This document shows positions 12,711-23,693 of a stretch of 64,000 nt of DNA, piece after piece. The notes under the pieces were generated by a model that saw only the letters and a program-made list of their open reading frames with translations, had not been told where the DNA came from and ran no database searches. Origin of the DNA: Podarcis cretensis (Eukaryota); contig OX638150.1 of assembly GCA_951804945.1 (NCBI GenBank), positions 69,130,001 to 69,194,000 on the forward strand. The letters run 5' to 3'. The translations under genes were made by a program, and so were the position numbers. The first letter of the stretch is position 1. The number at the start of each line of letters is the position of its first letter.

Positions 12711-15050
12711 TATGGTGGGGGCATATCCCTATCCACTTTTCCCGTACCATGTAGGCCACATCTCTGTTCTACTCTCCTGTTTCCCCCCTAAACTAGGTCT
12801 AGGGAGACCTAGAGTCTCTGGAAACGTTAATCTCTGTGATGTGTTGGTACAATTTATACCCATTAAGGACACATTCCAAAATGCTTGTATCTGGCCATGG
12901 GGGGTGGGGGTGGGATTAGGTTTGGGACAAAACAGCAAGGAACAAGTTTTGAGAGAGATGAAGGTCATGGAATTTGCAGAACCATTTTCATAACTCTGTA
13001 ACTCCCTTAAAATTATTAAACCCATATTTGGGGGAATTTGGCCTGGTGCCATCTTTTCATATCGTACAAATATTTAACAATGTGCATAAACATTTAAAGC
13101 TGGATCACACTATAAAATGGTCATGTAACTTCCTCCAAAGTAGCAATGGATAGATACAAGACCTTGGACTACATGGATCATTAGTTTGACAAGTACTACT
13201 GTTATAATTAGGAGATTCTGACTACGTTGTTGGTCATGCTTGACCATCTAGATAATTGGGAACTAAAGGTCAGAAAAGCAATACTTCCCCCTTTGTTGGC
13301 AACAGATCTGACCCGAGACCTATGTTGTCACCCAGTACTAATATGCTCTGCATTAGCATTAGTCAGGCAAACAAATGTATCCGACTTTTACTACTCCTAC
13401 TACATTATTATTACCACTACTATATTTTCGTAAGCTTCCTAGAATTGTATTCACTAACATGCATAAACCCAATCAAAACTCTCTCTCCCGCCCTCCCTCC
13501 CTCTCCACTAGCTATCCTCTTTCATAAGATGTGGGAACTATAATACAATAAATATCTATAACTACCTTTTAAAATATATAAAAATGAGTATTTATTGAAC
13601 AAATCCTGCTATACAGTTGAGTGACTGCAACAGAAAATGAAATGCTGCAGCATAAAAAAAGAGAATCACCTGCTTGAGGTTCATCAGGAGAATGGTGAAG
13701 CATTTTTGAACGATCTGAAAGTTACCAAGGGGATCTAAAAAATTTAAATGCCCTAAAAATGGCTTGCCCCTTAACAACAGATCTGATGTGGATACATTCA
13801 TAATGGCCTTTTCAGTTTCTACTTGGGTTGCATAGTAGCCAGTTGCTCTTTGACTTCCTGAGTTCCCTTATCCCACAGATTGCAAGCTACAGCTGCTTGC
13901 AAAACACTGCTAGAATGACAAGTGGTGGCAACCAAGAGGCTATGAATGATGAAGTCATTGTTAAGAATAGAATGCCTTGCAGCATGGCTGCATTGTCTAA
14001 GTGACAAAGCTTGCACTAATACTGCTGAGAGCTGCTCATCCATCATGGAGTCTGTGGACATTATCTCACACTATAAACCCTACTTTCAGATGCGAAAAAA
14101 AGATGTTCTTGTGAGTCTATTCAAAAACATAGACTCTGCCAATAGCTGGTATAGTGCATGCATGCTGAATAAATACAATGAGAAACTGGTTGAGTGCCTG
14201 ATTTTGAAATCATGTACATGGAATTTAAGCCAATTAAGCTATTATGTGAATGTAAAAGAATGTTCACATTAAACCATAATTTCAAAAGAGGAAACTGCAG
14301 CTGTATCTTCTAGATTTTCCTCCAGAATGTTTTCTGATGGGAAAAATATCTAGCTTTTTTCAGAGTGAGAAACATTATAAAAATTGAAGATTCTCACACC
14401 TTGCAAAATGAGAACCTCCACATTCCTCTGCAATCATCATAATAAAAAAGGTGAGTTGATGAACATTAATATGTTCACTGTGACAAAGGCACAGACTGAT
14501 TCAAGATTTCCAGTGACTTAAACTTTGGGAATAGATCTGAGTGAATACCTTCTGTTTCCTGTATACTGTAAAACCAACAACAACAGGTAGAAGGGTGAGG
14601 GAAAGGTGAGAAACTGAACAAAATAGCCCCTTTGAGTTTCATCAAAATCTGCCCCAGGAATCTCAGCACATGCTCCAATACCACCAGGTGTTTGGGGATT
14701 CCATCATTGTAGCTTAGATCAGCAGGTGATCAGGCCTTTAAAGTGATAAACTTGTTGGTGTAGAGCTTATTTCTCTTATTAAAAGTAATTTTTATTCACA
14801 AAATAAACAAAAGAAAAAGAGGGAAGAGGAAAAAATAAAGACAGTAAAATAAAAATAAAAATAGTATAGCAGCAAAAAAAGAATCAGTTCACAATCTGAA
14901 TTTACTTCTCTTGATCTCCATGTTTTGTCTTTTCCTGTCACTTCTTGGTTTCCCCTTAATGCAGCCCCCAATTTAAGAACAGGTCTAATATTATTTTATT
15001 GTACTACATTATATTAAGTACTCTAAAGTGCTGTTTGGACTGTGTGTATG

Positions 15051-15052
<2 letters not shown>

Positions 15053-15086
<34 letters not shown>
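15053..15086. repeat. (AC)17 microsatellite
   Basis: Direct reading. Confidence 0.97.
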
Positions 15087-15088
<2 letters not shown>

Positions 15089-15109
15089 CACTGGATTTGG
15101 GGTGGGGTA

Positions 15110-15604
15110 CCCTAGACAGCATCTCAAAAAGCAGAAACATCACCTTGCCAACAAAGGTCCGTATAGTTAAAGCTATAGTTTTCCCAGTAGTGATGTATGG
15201 AAGTGAGAGCTGGACCATAAAGAATTGATCGCCAAAGAATTGATGCTTTTGAATTATGGTGCTGGAGGAGACTCTTGAGAGTCCCATGGACTGCAAGAAG
15301 ATCAAACCTATCCATTCTTAAGGAAATCAGCCCTGAGTGCTCACTGGAAGGACAGATCCTGAAGCTGAGGCTCCAATACTTTGGCCACCTCATGAGAAGA
15401 GAAGACTCCCTGGAAAAGACCCTGATGTTGGAAAAGATGGAGGGCACAAGAAGGGGACGACAGAGGACAAGATGGTTGGACAGTGTTCTCGAAGCTACCA
15501 GCATGAGTTTGACCAAACTGCGGGAGGCAGTGGAAGACAGGAGTGACTGGCGTGCTCTGGTCCATGGGGTCACGAAGAGTTGGACATGACTAAACAACAA
15601 TAAC
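15110..15604 (+). mobile_element. BovB (RTE) LINE, 5'-truncated 3' fragment
   Basis: LDSISKSRNITLPTKVRIVKAIVFPVVMYGSESWTIK and RVPWTARRSNLSILKEISPECSLEGQILKLRLQYFGHLMRR...WRALVHGVTKS; (CAA)-type tail. Confidence 0.93.
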
Positions 15605-15618
15605 ACCTGCCTGGATTA

Positions 15619-15975
15619 GGGACGCGGGTGGCGCTGTGGGTTAAACCACAGAGCCTGGGACTTGCCGATCAGAAGGTCGGTGGTTCGAATCCCCAGGACG
15701 GAATGAGCTCCCGTTGCTCAGTTCCTGCTCCTGCCCACCTAGCAGTTCGAAAGCACGTCAAAGTGCAAGTAGATAAATAGGTACCGCTCCATCGGGAAGG
15801 TAAATGGCATTTCTGTGCACTGCTCTGGTTCGCCAGAAGTGGCTTAGTCATGCTGGCCACATGACCTGGAAGCTGTACGCCGGCTCCCTCGACCAATAAA
15901 GCAAGATGAGTGCCACAACCCCAGAGTCGGTCACGACTGGACCTAATGGTCAGGGGTCCCTTTACCTCTACCTTT
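15619..15975 (+). mobile_element. Sauria SINE, full length
   Basis: GGGACGCGGGTGGCGCTGTGGGTTAAACC head, GGTTCGAATCC B box, ACCTTT tail; 14-bp TSD ACCTGCCTGGATTA (15605-15618 / 15976-15989). Confidence 0.93.
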
Positions 15976-16500
15976 ACCTGCCTGGATTAAAATTCCAGTA
16001 AATTAAAATTCTAGTAAATTAACTAGGAGGATTTGAACCAGGCATTATCTCCCAGTCTAATCTCCCTTGAAGGGTTGTTGTGAGGATGAACTAATTGATT
16101 CAATGGCTTGGAGAAATACAAATATGCTAATGAAGTGAATAATGGGAAATAATTTCCATAGGTAAAACTGAATGGTGCTTTTTTTCCTTTGTCCAGGAAA
16201 GAAATCCTATTGTTTTGCATTGAACCCAATGTTCAGCACTTAGTATTCCTAAGAGAAAGGAAGCATATAGTTTCTTGTTCTGACATCATTGCTCTTGTCA
16301 TGTGGACTATGCACACTGTGCTCAGAGTCCACAATTCCATCTAGCTGGGGATCAGCATGACCTACAACAAGCACTATGCAGACAGCACCATGTAGACAAG
16401 CCCTTGGAGTACTGATGGTGAGAACCAGGAAAATGAGCAAACGTGGGATTTAGTACAGACAGCCGTTGTCATGCCAACTTTTGATTTACACAGAACAATT

Positions 16501-16581
16501 AACCAGGCACAATGTAAAAGTTGTTCAATCTCACAGAAATCTAACCAGGCACAATGCAAAAGTTACTCAATCTCACAGAAA
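16501..16581. repeat. Tandem duplication, 42-bp unit x2
   Basis: AACCAGGCACAATG(T/C)AAAAGTT..TCAATCTCACAGAAA at 16501 and 16543. Confidence 0.9.
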
Positions 16582-18382
16582 GAGAGAAAGAGAGAAGTTT
16601 TACAAATATTTTAGCAAATATCATTACAAAGTGGACTATCAAAATACATCAAAATTCTAAAATCCACATTCTCTATTCAATGAAAAATATATTAACTAAC
16701 ACCTGGTTAACATATTGCATCATATGCAAGCAGAAAGCTGCATAATTATTTCTTCAATGAAAAGGGATTTCAAATTTCATTATTGTATCCTGCATACCTT
16801 AGAATTAATACACATTCCATTATGACTTTTGGATAATTTTGTGCAACTAAAAAGCTTGAACAGTTAATGCCAATATGCAATATCACCTTACCATGTTTGT
16901 TTGTCTAACATGCACAACATCATCTTCTTGTTTCTCTTAACATCCATTGTTTATTATTATAAAACCAAGCAGCCTGAAATAATTATTTTTACACTAGAGT
17001 CTAGAGGGTTAACCCTTCTTTCCCCAGACAAGCCCCCACCCCCCAGCTTAGAATAAAAGCTTCTAATGGTACCCATAGGTTTATGAGGAGAGGGAGATCC
17101 TATTTGCAGTGGGTGGGGGTGGCAAGGTGTAGACTGGAGCCAGCTCAAGGGCCAGAAGTCTTTCCTACATCCTTGCTTTAGAACCTTTCAATATTTGCCT
17201 CTCTACAAATCACACCCTTTTCTTCCAAGCAAACATTAGAATGATGTGCAACCCAATCCTATGAATATTTATCTTGACATAAATCCTGTTTAATTCAACA
17301 GAATTATCTCTCCATGTAAGAGTACATAGTATCAAAACCTTAGGATCTAATGCTTAGATATTAAACTCAATAACCTAAAAAAAACCCAACAATCAGTACT
17401 AGTGGAAATTCAAGGAAGAGGGAGGGTTTTTCCCCCCAGGCTCCTAAAGGCTAGTATGTATTAACAGGAGAATAGGAATATTTAAATAAATAAAAAACCT
17501 CTCCAGCAAGTGTGATTAATTTCTTTGGGTTTAATATTCAGGGCTATAAAATATGCATCACCTACCCTACAGTGTTTGAGATTTGTCAGGTGAATGCCTC
17601 ATTAAGCTGCTTTGGGAAGATATGCTCTCAACTAGTGAGCTTAAATATTTTTGACAAATCTTAAAAAAACAAAATGAAGCCATTTTATTTATTTTTAAAT
17701 GTTTTATGATCAACTTAGCATCAAGGAGAGGTGTGCAAGCTGACAGTTCTGAAGAATGAAAGCTTCCCAATTATCACATTATGCTATCACTGCAGAGTAG
17801 GGCAAGCTACTGCAAGCACTTACATGTCACGATGCCTTCCCAAAGGAGCTCTATATGCTGATCTCAGCAGAGAGTGTAGTGTGTTCTCTCGCAGATATTT
17901 GACTAGGAAACTGCCAGTTGCATCAGTTCATATCCATTGACCCTCCATCCATGTCTTCTAGAACGATAAAAGAGAATACTGTAACTAGTAAATGCTGTTC
18001 ATCATTTAACCAAAACCTATCATAAAATGGCTGGCTTTTACAGAATGTATGTTTATACAGTATAGGCATTGTGCCTGCCTCCCTAAAGAGAAGGAAACCA
18101 CATATACACTCTGGGTGCTCCAGATAGGCTTCCAGCAACAGAAACTTTGCATTCAGCAACCTTCTGAACCCAAGGAAACTGATTCAGTGGCTCTACACTG
18201 GAAAACCAGTTTTTGTGTACAAATTGTTCTCAGTAGATCAGATAGATGTCTCAGAAATTTATGTGAGTGACTGACTTGTCAAACATAATTTAACCAACAA
18301 ATATGCCCATGGATAATTTCATTAAGAGAGTTTAGCATAGACAGTTGGATATTACTGAATCTTGGTTAATCTAGCATCTTGA

Positions 18383-18728
18383 TCATGGGCAGGGAGCCCT
18401 TTCCATTTCAAGGCCGCATTCACTTCGGGGCAATCATCCAGGAGCCACACGCAAACAATAGGCTTGGCCTTGGTCAAAGGCAAAACTGTGCAGAGCAGCA
18501 GGTGCAAAGGTCATCTTAGTAAAGCAGGCTAATTTCTACAAGCTCCCACACCCCGCTCAGTCCTCCATCCAGGTAAGCAAGGAACATTATGACAATTCAA
18601 GGACGCATTCCAGCCAAGGAAAGACACTCAAGAAGGGCGCCAGAGCCAGGGAGTGTTGTGGCCTGGGGAAATATAAAAAGCCAAGAGGGCCACATTTGGC
18701 CCCAAGCCCTGAGGCTCTCCACTGCTGA
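18383..18728. mobile_element. Old hAT-type DNA transposon remnant
   Basis: CATGGGCAGGGAGCCC start; GGGCCACATTTGGCCCC...CTCTCCACTGCTG end, typical of hAT MITE subtermini. Confidence 0.4.
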
Positions 18729-19319
18729 TCCAGAGGAAGTAATGGAAAATGTTTTTATTGATTTCTGTCAGTTGTGGGTGCGGAATGCTGCACCTTCAAT
18801 AACAAGTAAGCAAATAAACAACATAGTTAACAATCCTGCTTCTGGAACATGAGTGAATCAGGAACATTCATCCTAAAAACTGCCCTCCCACTTTCCAATC
18901 TGTACAACGCTGAATTAAGAATGGAATAAGCAAAGGAAACTGTTGAGGGTCCCAGATCTTTCGAAGCCTCACACCCCAACGCCTGTTTTCATAAGTAGAG
19001 CTACTAGCCCTCATGGTTATATAGGAAACAGCATGGAAATGGGAGGACTTTGCATACTTACTCTCCTTCATCCGCTCGGTGAATGCAATCTCTGCCACTG
19101 CACCCCGAATTGCATTTAAATCTAGTTAATCGATACCGCCTCCCCACCCACTTCAATTACACCCTCCACCAGTTTCAACACCTTCTTCCACAAACTGTCC
19201 ATAAGACCCACCCATTTCACGGCTCCCTCGTTTTCTTCTTCAATGGCCACGCTTTCCTCTCCCCGCCTGCTTTCCCCACTGGGCAAAATTCGTATCCAAC
19301 GGGAAACCAATATGTTAGA

Positions 19320-20030
19320 CTCCCGCCCTTTTTAATCCTCTTTCTAATGGCTAGGGCAGGCCGTGGTCGCCTGTCCTTTCCCCTCAGTTTAGGGCGCTGG
19401 TCCCTCGTGCTGGCTGGCGGATACCACGTCGGATTCTGACTCCCCCTGCTCGGAATGCGGTAGTTGTTAAGGGGTGTTAAGGTTTTGCCTTGGGAAGCGG
19501 CCTCCGTGGGGTAGACTACTCGCGGTACCAGCCCCAAGAGGCTTCTGACAAGGCTCCAGGGGCACCAGGCCGCGTTTCCATGGCGACCGCGAGAAGCCGC
19601 CGCCGCTTGCGGGAAAGCGCTCGTGCTGCGCAGGTGGAAGGAAGAACGCCGCTAAGGCGCGCGGGGCAGGGAGCCCTGCTTGGGCATGGTCGAGATATTC
19701 TGCTGGTGAAGCGGCTCCACAGGCCCAAAGACTAGAATTGGCGGGAGCAGCGGATTCATGGGATCCTCACGGCCATCCGGAGCTGCGGACTCCGGCCACG
19801 TCCTGGAGGTGGTCTTCCCTTTCCGCAGGGATTGCGGCAACTGGGAAGTGATCCAGGCCTGCCAGGCCCAGCACAGCCAGAACCGCTTGCCCTGCAAAGG
19901 GAGGGGGAGCCTTGCTGCGGGAAACAACCCGGGGGTTTCCTTTGTTGGCAAGGGTTTCAGAAGCAAACCTTCCCAAACGAAGCTAGCGGCATTTGAAAAC
20001 ATCCTTGTGAAATCCTAAACGCGATTATTA
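19320..20030. promoter_or_regulatory. CpG island, probable (bidirectional) promoter of unidentified transcript(s)
   Basis: Abrupt GC and CpG enrichment against CpG-poor flanks; not a recognisable repeat. Confidence 0.75.
19574..19587 (-). promoter_or_regulatory. RFX X-box
   Basis: Minus strand GTCGCCATGGAAAC fits GTYNCY-AT-RGNAAC, inside the CpG island. Confidence 0.65.
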
Positions 20031-21305
20031 GGAGTGAGCCTCACTGACCACCATGCAACTTAATTCGGAGCGCAGATGCCTAAGATTGCACAGTTACTGT
20101 GGAATGAGTTCTAGCCCCACACGTCAGCAGATAGGTGAAGTGGCTCCCTTCAGTTATCCTGTATCTGATAAAGGACTTTAGACCACAAAAGTTTATGCTG
20201 CAACAAATGTGTTTGTCGTTAAGGAGTCACAAGACTATTTGTGTTTGTGTTTGCAGTAACTGACTTGCGTTTGTTACAAGCAAAGGAAAAGGTCTGACAG
20301 ACATGTTACCGTCAGGTAAAACAGCCAACCAGCCACAAAAGGGTGGAACTGCAAAAACATGAGAGATCAAGCACCTGGCAGGCCACAGGACTGGTGAACT
20401 GCATTTGTCTTTGCTTTTGCCGCTTATGGCAACAGCTCGACAAGATTCCTATCCTGCAATGAATGTGAATAAGTATGGTTCCAAGAGTAGAACTCCTTTG
20501 AACTGTGGTGTACATCCTGCTTCTTTTCTCTTACTTGGTTAATACTACCATCTAGCTCACTATAGAGGCACTACTATCAGTTGGGCTGTGCTTCCTAGTC
20601 TGTGGTCCTTAGCACTGTCTTAGTTTTTTACACCCATCAATCCTAGAAATTGCTCTTTTAAAATCCAATCACAAAGTGATGGGTTGTTTTAGAAAGGAGG
20701 GCTTGACAGAAGCTGATATCTGCTTTGAAACTAGCATTTTAAAAACACTTCTGATTTTGGGAAGCCATGGGAATGGACCCCGGGGGTGGGGAGACAGAAA
20801 TTTTGGATAAAATTGTAATATATGTAATAATGTCTGTGCTGTTACTGTTGATGAAATAAAGGCCTTGGCTGCTTTGATGACATACAAATGTGCTGTAGTG
20901 GGTAAGTTTGCACCAAATGTGAAAAATACTAGAATGGGCTCAACAGGCTAGGAGGTGGCACTACTGTAATACCATATGGATGAGATACTCAGAAGAGTTA
21001 ATGCATATCTCAGAAAAACAGTATGCAGTGCTTCTCAGACACTTTGAACTGGGACCCCTCTACAACATATATATTTTATATTTCATATTTAATGTCAGTA
21101 TAAATATGCAATGTGTATTTGAATAGAATTTACATATATTTTTGGAGGAAGGGAGGAAGCCTATCTCCAAAAGGGTTCATATAACTGTAATAGTGTGCTG
21201 TCAGCCCAGTGAAAGAAAGTTATTTCTTGTATGACCCACCCTGGAATATGTTGGGACCAACAGTTTTAGAAGCATTGTATTATGTACTTAAAGTACACAA
21301 TAGAA

Positions 21306-22447
21306 AAGGGGGCCACTAGGGGCGCATTGGAAGATGGCCGACAATACCATCTCTCCGACCCACACGGGGTAATTAAGAGGCTGTTATGGGAGTAGGCAGC
21401 CTCCCTTGTTGCCCCAAGGAAATGGGGAACACTGCCCTTGCCTGCTGTGCCCATAAATCACCCCCTAATTCGAAAGAAGGGGGTGAGGGCACTAGGCAGA
21501 ATGCCCCCGTGTGGACCTCGGCTCTCCTGGACGCTGTCTCCGATCGCGCACTAGCTGCAGCAATTTGGAATAATTAATTACAAAAGAAGCAAATGCACAT
21601 ATTTCAAGTGAAGAAGGGGAGTGAAGTCTGCTAATTTAAGTGACCTCTGCGAAAGAAGACGACGGGTTGAAGAAACAGGAATATTTTACGATGAAGATAC
21701 ACCAAAGGCTGGGTATGTTGACAACGGGACTGAATGGGGGGGGGGCTTTTTTACTTTCCTTCTATGTGATTTACAAGAACCCCTCCTCATTAGAATCATC
21801 GGTTGAACTGACCCAAGCAGGATGATTAAGGTCTGTGTGGAGATTAACTTTAACCAAAAGTATGCTTTATGGAGATCGAGAAGCAATAAGAGCTTTTGGA
21901 ATGGCGCAGCAATTAATTCGGAGTCGCCATCTTGCCAAAGGATTTATAGCCGGGAAGAGGAACGGACTTGTTTTCAGACTGCATTCCTGGTGAATCTCCT
22001 CAGAGGTTTTGAGAAAGGAGGCAGATTGGTGAAGATTAATGACGCTAAGACTGTTTTGATGTATGGAAGTGATGTTATGTGGAAAACGTCTGGATATGGC
22101 TACTGGATAAAAAAATATATATCCACGCAGGATTACAAACTGTTCTAACCAGCTTGTGGAGACTATCAGAGGTCACAAAGAGAAAGGAAAAATATATGAA
22201 AATAACAACAAGAGATGTGGAAAAACAATAAGAAAGGACTGGATAGTACTGTGAACATCATAAGGTTAGATTTGTGGACATTAAAACAGCAGCAAGAAGC
22301 AAGAAGTTGATTGGATCCCCTTCGGAACTTGAAATATGGGTACCCCCAACAAAAATTTAAAATTCGGCTGTGTAATTTGGAATATATGTAATTTGGTTTG
22401 ATTTGATGTGATTGGTCGGTTAATAAAAAATTATTCTTAAAAAAAAA
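21306..22447 (+). mobile_element. Complete 1.14-kb non-autonomous L1-mobilised retroelement
   Basis: 17-bp TSD TAAAGTACACAATAGAA (21289-21305 / 22448-22464) at a TT/AAAG L1-endonuclease-type site; 5' GGGGG...AAGATGGCCG (YY1, L1-like); AATAAA then A-tail. Confidence 0.85.
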
Positions 22448-22734
22448 TAAAGTACACAATAGAAGTGTCTTTGTTGGCATTTCTTGAATTGATGGAGTGG
22501 AGATGATGAAAACAGGACAGAATGAAATGGAGAGAAGATTGGAATGTTGGAGGAAATTACCTCTGGCTTCTATCTTTTGCTTTTCTCTGTTACACATTTT
22601 ATTAAGTTTGTAGCCCACATGAGCATAAGAAGCTGCCTTATACCAAGTCAGACTATTTTCTCAGCTCACTGAGTACTATCTGCTCTTAACTGGCAGAGCT
22701 CCCTAGGTGTCAAACAGAGGTCTTTCCCATCTGT

Positions 22735-23010
22735 ACCCAAGGAAAATAAAGTCCCAGGAACAAATACTCATGTCAACTTTGTCCCCATATCTATCTGAGC
22801 AATACTATCCTGGAGCCAACAATATCAGCCATATAATCAATGACTTATTCACATGCATGTGTTCTAATATAATATACACTGGCATCTGCCAACAATGCCT
22901 TTTTGCTATCTACATAAGTTGAACAGGTCTGTCTCAAGAGGATAAAGGGACACAAACTGAATGTTAAGAATGGTAACTGGTATCCAATGTGAAGTCAGCA
23001 AAATCCTGGG
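22735..23010 (+). mobile_element. Penelope-like element fragment (GIY-YIG endonuclease remnant)
   Basis: GANNISHIINDLFTCMCSNIIYTGICQQCLFAIYI resembles the Penelope motif SFTC.SSNVIYAI.CQQC..LYIGQTG. Confidence 0.75.
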
Positions 23011-23012
23011 AA

Positions 23013-23020
23013 TCATCATC

Positions 23021-23061
<41 letters not shown>

Positions 23062-23693
23062 AATAAATTTTATTTATATCCCGCCCTCCCCAGCCGAAGC
23101 CGGGCTCAGGGCGGCTAACAACACTAAAACAGTGCAACATTATAAAAACATTATAAAAATTAATTAAAATCAAAATTGATGGCAACCATAAACTAAAGTT
23201 TTGTAAAGATTGCCAAAGGAGGGAGTCAGGCTGCGCCCTGACCAAAGGCCTGGTGGAACAGCTCTGTCTTGCAGGCCCTGCGGAAAGATGTCAAGTCCTG
23301 CAGGGCCCTTGTCTCTTGTGACAGAGCGTTCCACCAGGTTGGAGCCGCAGCCGAAAAAGCCCTGGCTCTAGTGGAGGCCAGCCTAACCTCTCTGTGGCCT
23401 GCGACCTTCAAGATGTTTTTATTTGAAGACCGTAAGTTCCTCTGTGGGGCATACCAGGAGAGGCGGTCCCGTATGTACAAGGGTCCTAGGCCATATAGGG
23501 CTTTGAAGGTTAACACCAGCACCTTAAACCTGATCCTGTACTCCACCGGGAGCCAGTGCAGCTGGTATAGCACCGGATGAATGTGATCTCGTAGCGAAGA
23601 CCCCGTAAGGAGTCTCGTTGCGGCATTCTGCACCCGCTGGAGTTTCTGGGTCAGTCTCAAGGGCAGCCCCATGTAGAGCGAGTTACAATAATC
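23013..23693 (-). mobile_element. L2 LINE 3' fragment, little diverged, with (TTA)n/(TTTA)n tail
   Basis: Open ORF2 C-terminus 23226-23672 (GLPLRLTQKLQRVQNAATRLLTG...LHWLPVEYRIRFKVLVLTFKAL...RAFSAAAPTWWNAL); microsatellite tail 23013-23066. Confidence 0.93.

Noticed and set aside
17923-18005. C/D-box snoRNA candidates (ATGATGA...CTGA ~80 nt; also 14360-14440 minus, 13946-14028 and 9152-9227 plus)
   Set aside because: No recognisable rRNA/snRNA guide complementarity and weak terminal stems; a few such pairs are expected by chance. An Rfam/snoscan search would settle it.
21312-21325. CTCF-like motif GCCACTAGGGGCGC (others near 43501-43517 and 46219-46233)
   Set aside because: Imperfect matches (this one is a G short); not supportable without a PWM scan or ChIP data.
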